DNA of 64,000 bases, from NCBI GenBank assembly GCA_029856125.1, contig JAHQWJ010000062.1, forward strand, positions 32,001 through 96,000. The letters run 5' to 3'. The position numbers and the translations under genes were made by a program. Shown piece by piece: positions 62,050-64,000 of this stretch. Each line of letters begins with the position of its first letter. Position 1 is the stretch's first letter. The notes under the pieces were generated by a model. The model searched no databases, was not told the origin of the DNA, and was given only the letters and a program-made list of their open reading frames with translations. The DNA is from Promethearchaeia archaeon. Lineage in GTDB: Archaea > Asgardarchaeota > Lokiarchaeia > Sigyniarchaeales > SOKP01.

Positions 62050-63030
62050 ATGCCGATATGTTATCATTGTGGAACCGAGAACCCCGAATTGTTTAAATGT
62101 TCTAAATGTGGTCAATCTTATTGCTACTTACATCAAAATTCTATTGATCACGAATGCAATATTGTCATAGAGAGCTTGAATTTTACTCCTCATGCGGCAC
62201 CACACTTGACTCCTCAGTATGCAGCTCCATCACAAACAGCTCCGACATTTACAGAACAAAGTAGTTTAACAGAAACCATCACGCGAGGAACAACAGATGG
62301 AACTTATACATGGTATCGTCAAGAGCAAGCAGTGCCGGAAAACGCTTTTGATCCTGAATCAGGCATTGATTTTAAAGGAATATTATTGGCGCATAAATCT
62401 GAATTACTTCATTTTATAATTGGATGTACTTTAATTTTCCTGATTGGATTAATTTCATTCTATAATCAGATTATCGAGTCGGGTTATATATGGGCTCTAT
62501 TTATGCTAGCTGGTTTTTATATGACTGCATTTCTTTTCCACGAATTTGGGCATCGTCAAGTAGCAATACATTTTGGTCTTCAAACAAAATTTCGTTTACT
62601 TACATTTGGGATGCTTATAACGACTTTAAGCCTTGTTATGGGCTTAATTAGTTTAATAAGTTCATCAAGCACATTTCCAATGCTAGCTCTCCCTGGAGCA
62701 GTCGTAGTATTAGGATTAGATAAGATAAACAGGAAAACGGGATTGTGTAAAGCAGCAGGACCAATAGTTAATTTGATTTATGGTTCGATTTTATTAATTA
62801 TATCACTACTTATACCTAATACATTCTATCCTCTAAATTTTTTCATTGGTTATGCATCCTACTTCAATTTCATGCTTGGAGCTTTTAATATGATTCCTAT
62901 CGGAATATTAGATGGCCAAAATATATGGAAATGGAATAAAAAAATCTATGTCGGCTTAATAAGTTCGTTAGGTCTTATGTTAATATTGTCCCTACTTCTT
63001 ATTAATTCACCAGTAGGACTATACATCTAA
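62050..63030 (+). CDS. AN1 zinc finger fused to an M50 (site-2) intramembrane metalloprotease
   Basis: C-x2-C-x9-C-x2-C-x4-C-x2-H-x5-H-x-C; HEFGH, AGP..N, NMIPIGILDG. Confidence 0.88.
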   Translation: MPICYHCGTENPELFKCSKCGQSYCYLHQNSIDHECNIVIESLNFTPHAAPHLTPQYAAPSQTAPTFTEQSSLTETITRGTTDGTYTWYRQEQAVPENAFDPESGIDFKGILLAHKSELLHFIIGCTLIFLIGLISFYNQIIESGYIWALFMLAGFYMTAFLFHEFGHRQVAIHFGLQTKFRLLTFGMLITTLSLVMGLISLISSSSTFPMLALPGAVVVLGLDKINRKTGLCKAAGPIVNLIYGSILLIISLLIPNTFYPLNFFIGYASYFNFMLGAFNMIPIGILDGQNIWKWNKKIYVGLISSLGLMLILSLLLINSPVGLYI

Positions 63031-63178
63031 TTTTCTTACCTTTGAATAGTGTTTAAAGAATCGTAAAGAAATTAATAAGAAAAATTATCAAGGATCGAAA
63101 TTTTAAAAATGTAAGAAAGAAAAATCAAACTTATACAATATAATTTTTAGAAAATTTGTAAATTATAAGGAATATTTC

Positions 63179-64000
63179 ATGACATTTTGCGAACATTGTG
63201 GTGAAAAAATAAACTTCTTACCATTTAAGTGCAAGTATTGCGGAGGAGCTTATTGTAAAGAGCATCGCTTACCTGAAAATCATCAATGTACTTTCGAACT
63301 AAAACATGTCCAGAATACATTTTCAGGCTTAGGAGAAACGCCATCAAAAAGTGGTTCATCGCGTAGAACTTCAAGGAATTTCAAGAAATATATGAAAAGA
63401 CAAGATAAGCAGAAGCAGAAAACCACTAAGCTATATAAAAGTTATAATTTTGAACCTAATCAAAATAAAGGAACGAAAATCTTAATTATAGTGATAATTG
63501 TTTTATCTATTGCGAGTATATGGTATCCATTGTTTTTAACCTTAAGTAGGTTTAGTTTTTTAAATTTTTGGTTATGGACTTTTGTTACATCAGTATTTGT
63601 GAGTTATATTTCTGATTTGTTTGGATTATTTTTTCTATTTATCCTCATACTTTTTTTCTACATGATTATTAAAAATATTGAAAAGGCTTTTGGAACAAAA
63701 TTCTTATTGCGCTTGTATTTAACTTGCGCATTATTCTCTGGTTTGGTTTACTTTATATTATGGATTATATTGGAGATATTCTTAATACCTCCTGGGTTTG
63801 GAATAATAATTCCCTATGGTCTGGCCTCAGGTGCTTTATTGGGTGTTATATGTTTCATGATATTTATAAATTGGAACCGGCAAATGACATTTTTAATTTT
63901 TTTTATGCCGATAAGAATGAAAGGGAAAACCATTATAATCGTCTTAATATTAATAAAGTTAATTCCCGGTATACTGTTTGCTATTGACTATCCTCCAGCC
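63179..64000 (+). CDS. AN1 zinc finger fused to a rhomboid-superfamily membrane domain (partial; missing from the ORF track)
   Basis: Open from ATG 63179 to the edge: CEHC..LPFKCKYCGGAYCKEHRLPENHQC; WTFVTSVF, IEKAFG..FL..LY, GLASGA. Confidence 0.82.
   Translation, partial: MTFCEHCGEKINFLPFKCKYCGGAYCKEHRLPENHQCTFELKHVQNTFSGLGETPSKSGSSRRTSRNFKKYMKRQDKQKQKTTKLYKSYNFEPNQNKGTKILIIVIIVLSIASIWYPLFLTLSRFSFLNFWLWTFVTSVFVSYISDLFGLFFLFILILFFYMIIKNIEKAFGTKFLLRLYLTCALFSGLVYFILWIILEIFLIPPGFGIIIPYGLASGALLGVICFMIFINWNRQMTFLIFFMPIRMKGKTIIIVLILIKLIPGILFAIDYPPA

Noticed and set aside
63724-63987. 87-aa ORF in the track
   Set aside because: It is an out-of-frame shadow of the AN1-rhomboid gene that starts at 63179.
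1-64000. tRNA, rRNA, SRP RNA, SECIS elements, transposases, and further BHB introns
   Set aside because: I saw no GC-rich structured intergenic segment, in-frame TGA or transposase motif. Other small in-frame insertions (MAT, PorB, PfkA) showed no BHB by eye, but a computational scan is needed to exclude stop-free introns.

Overview
AT-rich (roughly 30% GC by eye), gene-dense archaeal chromosome segment. It is most consistent with an Asgard (Lokiarchaeia-like) genome, inferred from archaeal information-processing genes (eL43, prefoldin, KEOPS Pcc1/Cgi121, Cdc48, FEN1, aIF5A, SRP54, uL2, GatDE, Elp3, Nop5/fibrillarin, archaeal MAT) plus roadblock, Vps29-like, LITAF-like and AN1-zinc-finger proteins. 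It also carries a porGDAB operon, pyrimidine/purine/NAD genes and an uncharacterised sugar-catabolic cluster. I saw no rRNA, tRNA, CRISPR array or mobile element. The main finding is a 33-nt insertion (41143-41175) with an in-frame stop inside an alpha/beta-hydrolase gene. It folds into a canonical bulge-helix-bulge (BHB) motif, and cutting at the standard EndA positions restores the family motif HPHPQYGGDM, so it is a candidate tRNA-type intron in an mRNA other than cbf5. Other observations: two genes that appear to need non-canonical starts (ACG, ATA), tandem AN1-zinc-finger membrane proteases next to a LITAF-like gene, an AbiEii-like nucleotidyltransferase, a SerA2-FucA fusion, and an HTH-CBS regulator divergent from MAT with a candidate operator. 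All family calls come from motif recognition by eye; no searches were run.
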